This document shows positions 63,281 through 64,000 of a DNA stretch of 64,000 nt, in pieces (position 1 is the first letter of the stretch; the number at the start of each line of letters is the position of its first letter). Where the stretch lies: positions 17,360,001 to 17,424,000 of the forward strand of contig JBHGNT010000013.1 in NCBI GenBank assembly GCA_043228905.1. Reading direction: 5' to 3'. The notes below the pieces were generated by a model, which was not told where the DNA came from, made no database searches, and worked only from the letters and a program-made list of their open reading frames with translations. The translations under genes and the position numbers were made by a program. The stretch comes from Azolla caroliniana. Lineage: Eukaryota > Plantae > Polypodiophyta.

Positions 63281-64000
63281 GTCTATGATGTACTTTGTTT
63301 GCTAACTAATGCGATGTAGTGTTTTTTTTTGGGAAAAAAAAACTTTATATATATATACATATATGTATATATATGTATATGTGGCTTTTTAATCTCTTTT
63401 CTCTGTGCTACAATCAAGGATACTCTCTTGTTTTCTTGACTAGTTAACCACTCAATCTTTGCTAGATTCCTATCCTTATGTTCATCCATCATCTCGTTGT
63501 TCAAAACTCCAACAATTCTTCCCTAGGCTCGCAAAGTGAGTGATTAGTTCTTTGTTGTTTCATGTGAAAGGCATTGTGAGTCAAGTCCCATAGTTCCGCC
63601 ATAAGTATGTGTAAGTTTGAACTAGATATAGCGAAGTTAATTTTTGACACTTGTATAGTTTGTCCATATGTATATTTTATACTCCAAAGCTTCTGAACAA
63701 GAAATGTTCAAAATATCACCACTCTTTTCAAGAAAATTATTTCTAAGGAGGGAGAGTGTTAAGCATTTGCCAAACATTTCACCTCCTATGCTATGGTCTC
63801 AGTGACCCCTTGGAGATGTAGGACAATAAAGAGAATGAGCTACACATTGCAAAAGGGTATAAAGTTAATATCTATAAATCTTTATACCCTCCCAAATCAG
63901 AAAGATACATAATTATAATAATGTTAAATAACTATAATCCTTTTGTTGGGTTTCTTTCTCATTATACTCATAGGGCTAGGGCTCAAGCTTAAACATTTTG

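Overview
Land-plant nuclear DNA, probably a non-seed plant (inferred from the element lineages), about 85% transposon-derived. The core is a 32-kb nest of LTR retrotransposons (13181-45185). A minus-strand chromodomain Ty3/gypsy element (TSD TTTGG) has been hit repeatedly by a clan of Ty3/gypsy elements with TGTC...GACA termini and 4-bp RCGY-like TSDs; both surviving PBSs match tRNA-Trp. The clan comprises two gag-PR/pol copies nested one in the other, one 3.4-kb non-autonomous two-LTR element, and five solo LTRs (one outside the nest, in a LINE). A young Ty1/copia sits innermost. The flanks carry decayed LINEs and copia/gypsy relics, one intact two-exon CYP74 (hydroperoxide-lyase-like P450) gene and a possible unknown spliced gene near 7.2-8.8 kb. 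The most notable features are in the Trp-primed clan: (i) an antisense tRNA-like Pol III A-box/B-box cassette with constant 32-nt spacing in the U3 of two different LTR families; (ii) a conserved G-GAU-UUU slippery site plus H-type pseudoknot that places a -1 frameshift between protease and RT; (iii) U5 blocks complementary to internal parts of tRNA-Trp; (iv) a non-autonomous partner encoding a truncated Gag fused to acidic and basic repeats.
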